Source: Patescibacteria group bacterium | GTDB lineage: Bacteria; Patescibacteriota; Microgenomatia; Levybacterales; UBA12049 | DNA: 37,252 nucleotides | Assembly: GCA_038058335.1 (NCBI GenBank) | Contig: JBBUBI010000028.1 | Coordinates: forward strand, 1-37,252 | Reading direction: 5' to 3' | Shown: positions 1 through 9,484 of the stretch, piece after piece | Layout of the letters: every line of letters starts with the position of its first letter | Position numbering within the stretch: position 1 is the stretch's first letter | Program-made: the position numbers and the translations under genes | The notes under the pieces: generated by a model | Databases searched by the model: none | Seen by the model: only the letters and a program-made list of their open reading frames with translations | Told to the model about the DNA's origin: nothing

Positions 1-1486
1 CTTCAAGACTTGCTCCTTTTTGGGGATTGGCATATTCTTCCATTACATTCCAATTACCTTCATATGCTACTTGATTACTTCCAAGATTGGCAGGAGATGT
101 ATAAGTGGAAAGAGTATTTTGTTTAATTTGCTCAGGAGAAGCAAAGCCATCAATGCGACTAAATCCTAAATATATCTCTGGAGTTTTTGTTTGAACTTGA
201 TAGGTTGGATTATTTATCTTGGGTGAAACATCTTTAGCTCCGGTTTCTTTGAGTAAGTCCTGGATTACTTTCTCAGTTTCATCATAAGCTCCCTCACCAA
301 AATGGGTGTAACGAATATAGCCCTCCTTATCAATAATGTATTTTGCTGGCCAATACCGATTATCGTAAGACCTCCATGTGGCAAAATCATTATCCTGAAC
401 AACCGGATATTTAATACCAAAATCGGATACGGCTTTTTTCACATTTGACTCACTTTTTTCAAACTCAAATTCCGGTGAGTGGACTCCGATAATCACAAGC
501 CCTTTGTCTTTATATTTTTCCCACCAATTCTTAAGATAGGGAAGCGTCCTCTGGCAATTGATGCATGAATAAGTCCAGAAATCAATAACTACAACTTTTC
601 CTTTAAGTTCGGCAAGGGCTAGCTGATTGCTATTTATCCAAGCGCCTCCGGGAATAATTCCCGGAGCCACTGGCCCTTTGATATTTAATAGATCTGAGGC
701 AGGCTTTCCCATATCTTCACTTTTCGTTTCTCCGCCCATATTATCAAGCTGTTTTTTAATTGCTTCATTATCTTCAAATTGAGTCAGCCCTACACCGTAG
801 TTGGGGAAAGTGTTCAAGATAAATGTCTGAAATTTTCTGTCAATATTAAAGAATATTCCAATCGCAGTAAGAATCATAAGTATTCCAAATACTTTCTGAA
901 TGTTCCCGAGATTTGAAAGAAGCCATGGTACTCGTTTTAGCACATTTTGTCCGCCAAGCATGATGAGAAACATCGGAATTGCAGTGCCCAAGGAGTAGGC
1001 AAGTGTAATCAGAAACGCATCAAAAGTAACAGTTCCCGTAATAGCAAGAGAGATGACTGATGCAAGTATGGGACCCACGCATGGCGTCCAAAGAAGGCCT
1101 ACGGAAAAACCTATCAACAATCCTCCTCCAAAACCTGTTCTGTTTTGACCAGTAGGCATAAATGCAGCAAGCTTTGAGAACAATCTTTCAAGAAGCAATT
1201 GGAATTGCGGAATAAGAAGTGATACACCAAACATCAAGATAACCAAAACAGAAAAAAACCTTAATGAATCTGCTGAAATCCCGCTAAGTCTTACGATCGA
1301 TGAAAGAAAAAGAGTAAAAAAAGTAAAACTTAAGACAAAACCAATCACAACTCCCATGGGACGGGATTTCCCTATATTCTGACCACCGATACTCGAAGTC
1401 AAAATAATAGGAAGTATCGGAAGAATACACGGTGAAAGTACAGTAATAACACCGGCAAGAAAAGCAAAGGCAATAAGTAAGATCAT
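1..1486 (-). CDS. CcdA/DsbD-type thiol-disulfide transporter fused to a C-terminal thioredoxin-like (TlpA/redoxin) domain; 3' end runs off the window
   Basis: Own translation of the minus strand from ATG at 1486..1484: MILLIAFAFLAGVITVLSPCILPILP... (CcdA-like, multi-TM), later ...GKVVVIDFWTYSCINCQRTLPYLKNWW... (CxxC redoxin fold). No stop before position 1, so it is absent from the ORF track. Confidence 0.8.
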   Translation of the reverse strand, partial: MILLIAFAFLAGVITVLSPCILPILPIILTSSIGGQNIGKSRPMGVVIGFVLSFTFFTLFLSSIVRLSGISADSLRFFSVLVILMFGVSLLIPQFQLLLERLFSKLAAFMPTGQNRTGFGGGLLIGFSVGLLWTPCVGPILASVISLAITGTVTFDAFLITLAYSLGTAIPMFLIMLGGQNVLKRVPWLLSNLGNIQKVFGILMILTAIGIFFNIDRKFQTFILNTFPNYGVGLTQFEDNEAIKKQLDNMGGETKSEDMGKPASDLLNIKGPVAPGIIPGGAWINSNQLALAELKGKVVVIDFWTYSCINCQRTLPYLKNWWEKYKDKGLVIIGVHSPEFEFEKSESNVKKAVSDFGIKYPVVQDNDFATWRSYDNRYWPAKYIIDKEGYIRYTHFGEGAYDETEKVIQDLLKETGAKDVSPKINNPTYQVQTKTPEIYLGFSRIDGFASPEQIKQNTLSTYTSPANLGSNQVAYEGNWNVMEEYANPQKGASLE

Positions 1487-1543
1487 ATTTATTTAACTAA
1501 TCTCTGATACTAGTTTTTGAAAATCATAAACTAGCATCGCAAA

Positions 1544-2056
1544 TTATTTAATATTTTTCAACAGCTCGTTAACTTGTCCGCCGTTCCATTTTACAACTTC
1601 TTTTCCCTCAGCATCAATTTGAACAAATGTGTGCTGGTATGTAATGCCATATTTCTGAGCCAAATCTTTTTCCTCCTGATCCGTCTCGGGATCATTATAA
1701 TTTACCCGTATTACGGTGACATCCTCCGGAATTCTATTTGTGTTTTCCTTTAAGTTGACATCCGTTGGTCTGCACGTAGGACACCAAGAAGCATAAAAAA
1801 ACAATACGCGGCGGTTATCTACAGCTCCTTCAAGAGCTACTCTTGAGTATTCGACATAACGGGCGGCGGTCATTTTATCATCCGCAATCTTGTCATCCTC
1901 AATAGTCCCGCTATCTTTTTCTGTCATGACATTCTCATCCTTAGTCATTTCAGCATCATTAGTTTTCTGAGACCCTTGATTTGCAAAAAAAAATCCCCCT
2001 CCAATGACAAGGACAGCTATAATACCCACAGCAATTAATATTGGATTCTTCATCAT
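1544..2056 (-). CDS. membrane-anchored thioredoxin-family protein
   Basis: N-terminal TM segment and the WCPTC active-site motif in ...VLFFYASWCPTCRP.... Strong SD (GGGAGGTGA) upstream of the ATG and a TTGACA-N17-TACTCT box upstream of that. Confidence 0.8.
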   Translation of the reverse strand: MMKNPILIAVGIIAVLVIGGGFFFANQGSQKTNDAEMTKDENVMTEKDSGTIEDDKIADDKMTAARYVEYSRVALEGAVDNRRVLFFYASWCPTCRPTDVNLKENTNRIPEDVTVIRVNYNDPETDQEEKDLAQKYGITYQHTFVQIDAEGKEVVKWNGGQVNELLKNIK

Positions 2057-2117
2057 TATCTTTCACCTCCCATCTTAAATAAGAGTAATAAATAAAAATG
2101 TGAATGTCAAGTAGGCT

Positions 2118-2471
2118 TTACATTTTGAAGTGCATGTAGATTCGTGAGGCAAGCTTGGCGAAAATCATTACAGAAAGCGCAATAATAAGCCAAGGATCAA
2201 TTTCATGACTTAATGCCTGAACTACTGTGCCAATTATCAATGCCCCTACTCCGGCAAGATAAGAAATTCTGCCTGCCATAAGAAGATGGGTCGTCTCTCT
2301 CTCATCAGAAGATTTTTCTTTCAAGATAAATGCTCCAAACGCCAGGAAAGCAACGATCATGCCCACTATTAGCATTGAGCTCACGCTTTCGGGCATACTT
2401 AAATGTCCGGGATTTAAGAATAGAATCGCAATTCCAAGAATAACAGCAGCGCTAATGCTTTCAATAATCAT
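2118..2471 (-). CDS. small multi-pass membrane protein co-transcribed with the XRE regulator
   Basis: 117-aa ORF with about four hydrophobic segments, starting 3 nt after the stop of the XRE gene. This pairing is typical of small XRE plus membrane-protein modules. Confidence 0.6.
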   Translation of the reverse strand: MIIESISAAVILGIAILFLNPGHLSMPESVSSMLIVGMIVAFLAFGAFILKEKSSDERETTHLLMAGRISYLAGVGALIIGTVVQALSHEIDPWLIIALSVMIFAKLASRIYMHFKM

Positions 2472-2473
2472 AA

Positions 2474-2677
2474 TTACACTTTAATAGTAAACAGCTTTTC
2501 AACGCTTATGTCAAAAAATTTTGCAATTTTTATAGCAAGAGCTACTGACGGAGTATAGTTTCCCTTCTCAATTGCAATAATCGTCTGCCTCGTCACTCCA
2601 ATCTCAGCAGCCAATTCCTCTTGAGTAATTTTTTTACTGTTTCTATATTTTTGTACAAAATTAAGAATTTCAGTCAT
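2474..2677 (-). CDS. XRE-family helix-turn-helix transcriptional regulator
   Basis: 67 aa with ...[41 protein letters not shown]..., a classic HTH_3 pattern. Confidence 0.85.
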   Translation of the reverse strand: MTEILNFVQKYRNSKKITQEELAAEIGVTRQTIIAIEKGNYTPSVALAIKIAKFFDISVEKLFTIKV

Positions 2678-2686
2678 CTTCTTTGC

Positions 2687-2695
2687 ATTTTAACA
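2687..2695 (-). promoter_or_regulatory. extended -10 box (TGTTAAAAT) for the XRE gene
   Basis: Minus-strand TGTTAAAAT lies 9 nt upstream of the ATG at 2677. No SD in between. Confidence 0.45.
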
Positions 2696-2741
2696 AATTT
2701 CCTTTCGTATCGCTAAGTACCTTCACCTTCAAAGGAGAATT

Positions 2742-2750
2742 TGCTATAAT
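2742..2750 (+). promoter_or_regulatory. extended -10 box (TGCTATAAT) for the 2758 ORF; predicts a leaderless mRNA
   Basis: Perfect TGnTATAAT, with 7 nt between the hexamer and the ATG at 2758. It is divergent from the XRE promoter. Confidence 0.5.
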
Positions 2751-2757
2751 ATCCGCC

Positions 2758-3243
2758 ATGCAACCACTCGAAGCAAGAAATACAAATATTGAAATGCATC
2801 CGGAAAGAAGAGTTGCCGAAATAGCGAAAGATTTTTTTATTGAAGCTAGCATTGGCAATCCTTTTTCGTTAGTAGGACAAGCCGCACGTATCGCAACCAG
2901 ATGCAGATACCTTGGTGTTAGGCCAGATTTTTTGGGGACAGACTTGCTAAGCCAACCGGACTTGATTTCAGAAATTCAAATAAAGGGAACTGAAATTCAT
3001 TCAGGGAGAAATATAAAACCTATCGGAGTGGGACAATTAAGGGATACAATAGAAATCGACTTCGCTTTTGCACAGGAATTGCTAATCCTAGATGCTGCTG
3101 AGCTAGAAAAATTATATACCCGTTTTGAGAATACTCCACCATCGCCGCAAAAAGAAGCCGAGCTGCTAGGCGAGGCTCAAAAAGCAATCGCATATGCAAA
3201 GCTACGCTTAAATTACATACGAGAAGACAAAGAAACATTTTAA
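2758..3243 (+). CDS. hypothetical protein (161 aa from the internal ATG)
   Basis: ORF-track ORF 2683..3243. The first 25 codons overlap the divergent XRE promoter and start, so I prefer ATG 2758 (MQPLEARN...), which sits just after a TGCTATAAT box. No recognisable motif. Confidence 0.5.
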   Translation: MQPLEARNTNIEMHPERRVAEIAKDFFIEASIGNPFSLVGQAARIATRCRYLGVRPDFLGTDLLSQPDLISEIQIKGTEIHSGRNIKPIGVGQLRDTIEIDFAFAQELLILDAAELEKLYTRFENTPPSPQKEAELLGEAQKAIAYAKLRLNYIREDKETF

Positions 3244-3334
3244 TAAATTATTATGGCAGTTCATCTTGAGCGAACAGACCAGTCCAGCATTATCAGAATC
3301 CCAGACTGAATCTATTTATCTTAAGAATTGTATA

Positions 3335-3343
3335 TGGTAGTAT
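3335..3343 (+). promoter_or_regulatory. extended -10 box (TGGTAGTAT) for pilB; leaderless geometry
   Basis: The hexamer ends 6 nt before the A of ATG 3350. No SD. Confidence 0.45.
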
Positions 3344-3349
3344 AAATAT

Positions 3350-5032
3350 ATGCTTCTGCCCGATGCTCAGTTAAAAGATCTACTACTTCATTCAGGTGCA
3401 ATTACTGAACAGGTCATTACTGAATTACAAAAATTTGCGAGCGATTCCCGAATCTCTCTTCAGGAAGCCACAATAGAAAAAGATGCAGTTTCGGATGAAA
3501 AATTGGGTCTTCTTATTGCAAATTACCTAAATTATCCTTTCGTATCTTTATCAAAAATTACAATTCCGGACCATATATTCGGAATCGTTCCAGAAAGACT
3601 AGCAAGAAAGCATAAGATAATTCCTTTTGCGCAGGATCAAGATGGATTAAAGCTTGCAATGGCAAGTCCAAATGATATTTCGATCCAGGAGATGATCGCA
3701 AAAAAAACTCAATCGAAGATTTCGCCTTATCTTGCTACGGAAAGGGATATTGACAATACACTGCAGTTATACAGAAAAGATTTGAAACAATCATTTGATG
3801 AGCTTCTCCAAAATGAAATAAACAAAAACACAGACGCCATAGGAGATGCCCCGATTGCAAAAATAATGGACTTACTTATTAAATATGCTTATCGGGATAA
3901 GGCATCTGACATTCATATCGAACCGGAAGAAAAAGATCTTTTGGTACGTTTTCGAATAGACGGAATTCTGCATGACGTACTATACCTTGATAAAAAGCTG
4001 CACGACCGGATCATGACCCGCATTAAAATACTTTCAAGACTGAGAACGGATGAGCATCTAAGCGCTCAGGACGGAAAGATGAGGGTTGTTGTTGATGATG
4101 AAAATTTGGATCTTCGTATTTCCATGATACCAATTGTCGAAGGCGAAAATGCAGTGCTAAGACTTCTGTCATCGCATTTTCGCCAATTCTCCCTTACTGA
4201 CCTGGGCATGAACGGCAAGGATTTAGAAAAAGTTAACGCAGCAATAAATAAATCATACGGAATGATCCTTTCCACCGGACCTACTGGAAGCGGAAAAACA
4301 ACGAGCATTTATGCAATTCTTAAAATTCTAAATACGAGAGAAAAAAATATTACGACCATAGAGGATCCGGTCGAATATAGAATTCAGGGAGTAAATCAAA
4401 TTCAAGTTAATCCGAAAACAAATCTTACATTTGCTGACGGGTTAAGAAGTATTCTCAGGCAAGATCCAAATGTTATTTTTGTCGGAGAGATAAGAGATAA
4501 TGAAACCGCAGGAATTGCCGTAAATGCTGCGCTAACTGGCCATTTAGTTGTCTCCACACTTCATACGAATGACGCGGCTACTGCTCTACCCAGACTTATA
4601 GATATGAAGGTTGAGCCCTTCCTGGTCGCATCAACTGTAAATATCATAATAGCCCAAAGGCTTGTAAGGAAAATTTGTGAGTCATGTAAGGTACAATTGA
4701 CAATTAAACACCATGGCATTGGAGGAATTATCCCTCAGGAAATGACTCTTAAGCATTTTGGTACTACAGAAAATATAACTATTTTCAAAGGACAGGGATG
4801 TAAAATCTGTCACTTTACCGGCTATATGGGCAGGATTGGAATTTTTGAAATTCTTGAAATGACTGAGCTGATTAAAAAACTTATTGCTGAAAAACATGAC
4901 TCCGATATAATTATGAAAGCAGCAATCGAAGAGGGAATGACCACCATGCTTGATGACGGACTGGATAAAATTGTCAAAGGATTCACGACGTTTGAGGAAG
5001 TGCTTAGAGTCACAAAAGTTGGAGGAGTATGA
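3350..5032 (+). CDS. pilB: type IV pilus assembly ATPase (PilB/GspE family)
   Basis: Walker A GPTGSGKTT, Walker B-like VIFVGEIRD, His box GHLVVSTLHTND and a tetracysteine motif (CESCK...CKICHFTGY). The N-terminal region resembles the GspE-N domain. Confidence 0.93.
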   Translation: MLLPDAQLKDLLLHSGAITEQVITELQKFASDSRISLQEATIEKDAVSDEKLGLLIANYLNYPFVSLSKITIPDHIFGIVPERLARKHKIIPFAQDQDGLKLAMASPNDISIQEMIAKKTQSKISPYLATERDIDNTLQLYRKDLKQSFDELLQNEINKNTDAIGDAPIAKIMDLLIKYAYRDKASDIHIEPEEKDLLVRFRIDGILHDVLYLDKKLHDRIMTRIKILSRLRTDEHLSAQDGKMRVVVDDENLDLRISMIPIVEGENAVLRLLSSHFRQFSLTDLGMNGKDLEKVNAAINKSYGMILSTGPTGSGKTTSIYAILKILNTREKNITTIEDPVEYRIQGVNQIQVNPKTNLTFADGLRSILRQDPNVIFVGEIRDNETAGIAVNAALTGHLVVSTLHTNDAATALPRLIDMKVEPFLVASTVNIIIAQRLVRKICESCKVQLTIKHHGIGGIIPQEMTLKHFGTTENITIFKGQGCKICHFTGYMGRIGIFEILEMTELIKKLIAEKHDSDIIMKAAIEEGMTTMLDDGLDKIVKGFTTFEEVLRVTKVGGV

Positions 5033-6081
5033 AAACAGAAAATATCACATTATCAAATAACGATCAATTAAATCTAATTAGTACATTTTCTACATTGATC
5101 AATGCAGGAATTCCTATTCTGGAAACAGTAGAATCTCTCCTAGAAGGCTCCAAGGGAAACATGAGAAAAATCCTAGAGTCAACGAGTGAAGATCTTGTTC
5201 AAGGAAAACCTCTTCATGTGTGTTTTTCAAAATTTCCTGGAGTTTTCGGAAAAGTAACGATAAATATTATTAAAGCTTCTGAAGAGGCGGGAACGCTTGA
5301 TGTAATACTAAAAGACTTGAGGAATCAGGTCCAGAAAGACATGGAATTTGTCGACAGAATAAAATCCGTCCTAATGTATCCGCTTATTATTTTGATAGTT
5401 TTTTTGGGCGTACTCCTTGTAATTCTTGTCGTAGTAATTCCAAAAATCGCTATTGTATTTGCGCAACTGAAGGCCGAGCTTCCTCTACCCACAAAAATTA
5501 TGATTTTTGCATCCAATGCAATCCTACACAACACAATTCCACTTATAGCTATACTTATAGCTTTAGGTGTTGGTTTCTATTTCTCATACAAAGTCCAGAG
5601 AGCAACAGTTCTCCGCGTGCTTTACTCACTTCCAATTGTTTCAACTATCGTTAAGGAGATTGATCTGACGCGATTTTTCAGGAGTATGTATCTATTGCTT
5701 AACTCAGGAATTATTATTACATCAGCCTTAGAGCTAGCAAAAGACGTAGTAATGCGAAAAGACATAGCACAATCAATAGCCTATGCGCAAGAATCTGTCC
5801 TGGCAGGCCGAAGACTCTCGGACGCATTCAAAGACAAAAAGCATCTTTACTCGGGCATCATGATCAAGATCATTGAAGCAGGGGAGAAAACAGGAACTCT
5901 AGACAAATCCATGCAAGACATGTCTGACTATATGGATTATCAAGTCTCAGGCATGCTCAAGACCCTTACCAGTCTTCTCGAACCAATAATGCTTGTTCTT
6001 ATGGCAACTTTGGTAGGGGGGATGATGATGTCAATTATCTCGCCTATTTACGGGATGATCAGCAATGTAGGCGGTAGATAA
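5029..6081 (+). CDS. pilC: type IV pilus inner-membrane platform protein (PilC/GspF family)
   Basis: 350 aa with two GspF-like repeats and three TM segments. ATGA overlap with pilB. Confidence 0.88.
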   Translation: MKTENITLSNNDQLNLISTFSTLINAGIPILETVESLLEGSKGNMRKILESTSEDLVQGKPLHVCFSKFPGVFGKVTINIIKASEEAGTLDVILKDLRNQVQKDMEFVDRIKSVLMYPLIILIVFLGVLLVILVVVIPKIAIVFAQLKAELPLPTKIMIFASNAILHNTIPLIAILIALGVGFYFSYKVQRATVLRVLYSLPIVSTIVKEIDLTRFFRSMYLLLNSGIIITSALELAKDVVMRKDIAQSIAYAQESVLAGRRLSDAFKDKKHLYSGIMIKIIEAGEKTGTLDKSMQDMSDYMDYQVSGMLKTLTSLLEPIMLVLMATLVGGMMMSIISPIYGMISNVGGR

Positions 6082-6083
6082 AA

Positions 6084-6575
6084 GTGAAAAAAACAATTGA
6101 ATCACAGCATGGAACTTCGCTTCTTGAACTCATTATGTTCATGGCTATTGGCTTACTTCTATTCGGATTTGTGACATTTAATTTTGTAAGCTTTCAACAA
6201 AAAACTTCTATTTCCACCTCTATTGACACCCTAATCTCAGATTTCAGCAGTCAACAAACAAAAGCAATGATCGGCGCAGAAAGCAGCGGCACGGGGAATA
6301 GTTACGGAGTATATTTTCAATCAGATAGATATATCCTTTTTGCAGGCTCTGCTTATTCCGGTGCAAATCCAACTAATTTTACTGTGATGCTGGATCCAAA
6401 CATAATTTTTACTGATATTACTTTTCCCGGAAGCGTATTGATTTTTTCACAATTATCAGGTGAAATAGCCGGATTTGCAGACGGAAGTAACACAATCGCA
6501 TTGCAAAGCTCACAGGGATCTGAAAAAAAAACACTTACAATTAATAAATACGGTGTGATAACTGAAATAAATTAA
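6084..6575 (+). CDS. prepilin-type minor pilin / pseudopilin
   Basis: GTG start. Class III signal ...SQHG|TSLLELIMFMAIGLLL with Glu at +5. Confidence 0.75.
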   Translation: MKKTIESQHGTSLLELIMFMAIGLLLFGFVTFNFVSFQQKTSISTSIDTLISDFSSQQTKAMIGAESSGTGNSYGVYFQSDRYILFAGSAYSGANPTNFTVMLDPNIIFTDITFPGSVLIFSQLSGEIAGFADGSNTIALQSSQGSEKKTLTINKYGVITEIN

Positions 6576-6577
6576 AT

Positions 6578-9484
6578 ATGAAAAATGGCCAATCTTTAGT
6601 TGAGCTACTGCTTGCAATAGCTCTTCTTGCAATTATTTTGCCTGGAATTTTAGTAGGATTTTTTGCAACTCGAGGCGGCAGAGCAACTCAAGACCAAAGA
6701 CAGCAGGCAACTGCTTATTTATACGAAGCTCAGGAGGCGATGCGCGTAATCAAAGCGAATGGATGGTCAAATTTATCAACCGGAACATATCATCCGATAC
6801 CAGCTGGAAATTCTTGGTCTCTTGCTAGCAGCTCTGAGCTTATCGATAATAATTTCACCCGTCAGATTGTTATTAGCGATATCTACAGAGACGCAAATGG
6901 CGATGTTGTTTCTCAGGGAGGAACAATTGATCCTTCGATAAAGCTTGCTGACATTACTGTTTCTTGGTCAAATCCATTTCCTGTGTCTGTAAATTCAAAA
7001 ACTTTTCTTACCCGCAACTCAAACAAAGCATTCTCAGAAACTACAGAGACAGATTTTAATGCAGGAACGCTTAGTCAAACACAAGTAACGAATGTCTCCG
7101 GCGGAGAAATAAAACTCGCAAATAATAATAAAGGTAAATGGTGTACTCCTGCTTTCTCAAGTGCCGCAATCGATTTGCCCGATGGGCCTCCGGTTGCCGT
7201 TGCTGCAACTGCGAGTACTGTATCAATAGATAATCCTAATGATGTTTTTGCTGCTGTTGCTCCGAGTGACGCTACTTCAACCAAGCTGGCTTATATCGCC
7301 GTAACGGCTAATGCAGATCCGCCCGTGCCAACTTTAAGAGGTACGTTCACTTTGGATCCGGCAAAGTACAGCTCACCATCTCTAGTTCCTTCAAATATTG
7401 GACTTGATAACAATTTTAAAACAAATGACGTTAAATATTATATTTCCCCCTCGGGAAAACTATACGCACTTCTTGCAACAAATAAACCTGATCGTGAAGT
7501 TATTGCAATTCAAATAAATGATGGAACTTCGGACTCTTTTCAGGATCCAACAAATAAAATCTACAAATACTGGACTTTTTTTGACACGAAGATATATGGC
7601 ACGGCTTTTAATAGTCCCAGCGCTAATTCCGCTGAAACCAGCAGCGCCGGAGACAATAATGGATTCCAAACTAGTCCTGCAAATGCCTATACCAATGATG
7701 GCTTATTTGCGGCTGATGCCAATAGCGGTAATAATACGGGTACCAGCTGCACAGGCATCGATAAAGACAAGCATCGCTATTATAATTATGGTTTTTCACT
7801 TCCAGCAGGCGCAACGATTAACGGTATTGAAATGAATTTAGTCGCTAAGGCGAACAGCACATCAGGTACTCCAAAAATGTGTGTAGAGCTCTCCTGGAAC
7901 GGCGGAACAACGTGGGCCACGGCAAAATCCACAAATAATCTAACCACCAGTTCGGCAAGTTATACCCTGGGCGGACCAACCGATACATGGGGACGGACGT
8001 GGAGCGATACAGACTTCACCGATTCCAATTTTAGAGTACGTGTTATAAATGTTGCCAGTAATACATCGCGTACTTTCTCATTAGATTATGCAGGAATAAA
8101 GGTGTATTACAACGGAATTTCTTCTGGTTCCAACGATCAGGCACCTTATGATTATGGAGCTCCAACTATTAATGTATTAGGGAATACGGGATATGCAGCG
8201 TCGGGTGGATATTTATATGTATTTGATTTAACCAACATTGATAGTAAGTCAGCAAGCAATGGGCTGGATCAGCTTGGCTGTCGAATTCAGCTGGACGGTT
8301 TTGACTGTAAGGCTGATCAAGGTGGTAAAAAATACAACGCAGGCCAAACCGGTACTACATGGAGTAATACGTCAGGTTCGATTCATCCTGATTGTTCAGA
8401 TGGAGGAAATATTGAGCTATATGCAACAAATGATATTTTTCCGGTACAATCGGAAAGCAGTACCTATATTTTTACGGCTATTGGTGGAATCACAAATCCG
8501 GAATTCGAAATAGTTAATACTACAAATGTTCCGAACGGCTCATCAAACCCTTCCATAAGCAGCTCCTCCTGCGGCAGAATATCCGGAGGAAATGCGGGCT
8601 GGAAAGTAATCAGTTCTTATGATTTCAATTCAGTCAGCTCAACAGAAGAAGCCGCAAATTCTATATTTGCCAATGGAGACGGTACGAGAGCTTATATCTC
8701 ATCAAACGGAGGAATTGACGGAGACGGAAACGGCCAGCCGGATAGCAAACAATATTATATTCTTAATACAACCAATAAAAGCAGTCCCGCCTTTCTTTCG
8801 GGTTCACCTTCTACTGGTCCATCAAGCGGATATTATAATTCCTCTGGAGCAAATGGCGAATTATATCCAAGGCGGGCAATGACTGTACAGAATGGAGTAC
8901 GGGCTGTATTGGTGGGAAAAGACGGAATTTCAAACGGCAATGATGCGGAAGAATATCAAGTCTTAGACAGCACGACAGAAGCAACTCCTACTTACTGCGG
9001 GGGACTTAATTACGATATCGGCTTCAATGACCTTACTTCTGTTTCAGAGCTCGATGGAGACAATTATGTTTATATGGTTGCGAATACAGCAGCAAATGAG
9101 CTTAAGATTATTCAAGGAGGTCCGGACAATGCCATATTTGTCCCATCCGGAACATTTGAATCTCAAGTCCTTTCTGCAGCCTCAGAAGCAATGTTTAATC
9201 GGTTCAATGTAAACGCCACGACTATGCCGCAAACAACTCTTACCTATCAAGTTGCGATAGCCAAAGCCATTAATAATAGCTGTTCTGGTGTTTCCTATTC
9301 TTATGTTGGACCGGATGGAACCTCGGGCACATATTTTACAACAAGCAGTGTATTGCCCGTAAGTACGAGCCCGACAGGCTATCAAAATCCAGGACAATGC
9401 GTAAGATATAAGACATATATGACTTCTGCCGATCAATTGCTGACACCAATTCTCTACGATATTTATTTTAATTATTCACCATGA
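6578..9484 (+). CDS. giant (968 aa) prepilin-like protein; candidate pilus-tip adhesin
   Basis: N-terminus MKNG|QSLVELLLAIALLAIILPG has a prepilin cleavage motif with Glu at +5. The rest is rich in Ser/Thr/Asn/Gly with scattered Cys, consistent with an extracellular beta-rich protein. Confidence 0.75.
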   Translation: MKNGQSLVELLLAIALLAIILPGILVGFFATRGGRATQDQRQQATAYLYEAQEAMRVIKANGWSNLSTGTYHPIPAGNSWSLASSSELIDNNFTRQIVISDIYRDANGDVVSQGGTIDPSIKLADITVSWSNPFPVSVNSKTFLTRNSNKAFSETTETDFNAGTLSQTQVTNVSGGEIKLANNNKGKWCTPAFSSAAIDLPDGPPVAVAATASTVSIDNPNDVFAAVAPSDATSTKLAYIAVTANADPPVPTLRGTFTLDPAKYSSPSLVPSNIGLDNNFKTNDVKYYISPSGKLYALLATNKPDREVIAIQINDGTSDSFQDPTNKIYKYWTFFDTKIYGTAFNSPSANSAETSSAGDNNGFQTSPANAYTNDGLFAADANSGNNTGTSCTGIDKDKHRYYNYGFSLPAGATINGIEMNLVAKANSTSGTPKMCVELSWNGGTTWATAKSTNNLTTSSASYTLGGPTDTWGRTWSDTDFTDSNFRVRVINVASNTSRTFSLDYAGIKVYYNGISSGSNDQAPYDYGAPTINVLGNTGYAASGGYLYVFDLTNIDSKSASNGLDQLGCRIQLDGFDCKADQGGKKYNAGQTGTTWSNTSGSIHPDCSDGGNIELYATNDIFPVQSESSTYIFTAIGGITNPEFEIVNTTNVPNGSSNPSISSSSCGRISGGNAGWKVISSYDFNSVSSTEEAANSIFANGDGTRAYISSNGGIDGDGNGQPDSKQYYILNTTNKSSPAFLSGSPSTGPSSGYYNSSGANGELYPRRAMTVQNGVRAVLVGKDGISNGNDAEEYQVLDSTTEATPTYCGGLNYDIGFNDLTSVSELDGDNYVYMVANTAANELKIIQGGPDNAIFVPSGTFESQVLSAASEAMFNRFNVNATTMPQTTLTYQVAIAKAINNSCSGVSYSYVGPDGTSGTYFTTSSVLPVSTSPTGYQNPGQCVRYKTYMTSADQLLTPILYDIYFNYSP

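Noticed and set aside
2683-2757. The longer ORF-track starts at 2683, 15606, 17793, 23580, 26131 and 31802
   Set aside because: Each extension overlaps a neighbouring gene, a promoter box or a terminator hairpin. Each also adds non-conserved residues ahead of a better-placed ATG. Shorter starts are preferred but remain unverified.
6523-6531. An A9 homopolymer near the 3' end of the first minor-pilin gene as a phase-variation switch
   Set aside because: It is a single moderate-length tract that simply encodes Lys-Lys (EKKT). Similar tracts occur in housekeeping genes here because of the AT bias, and there is no evidence of length variation.
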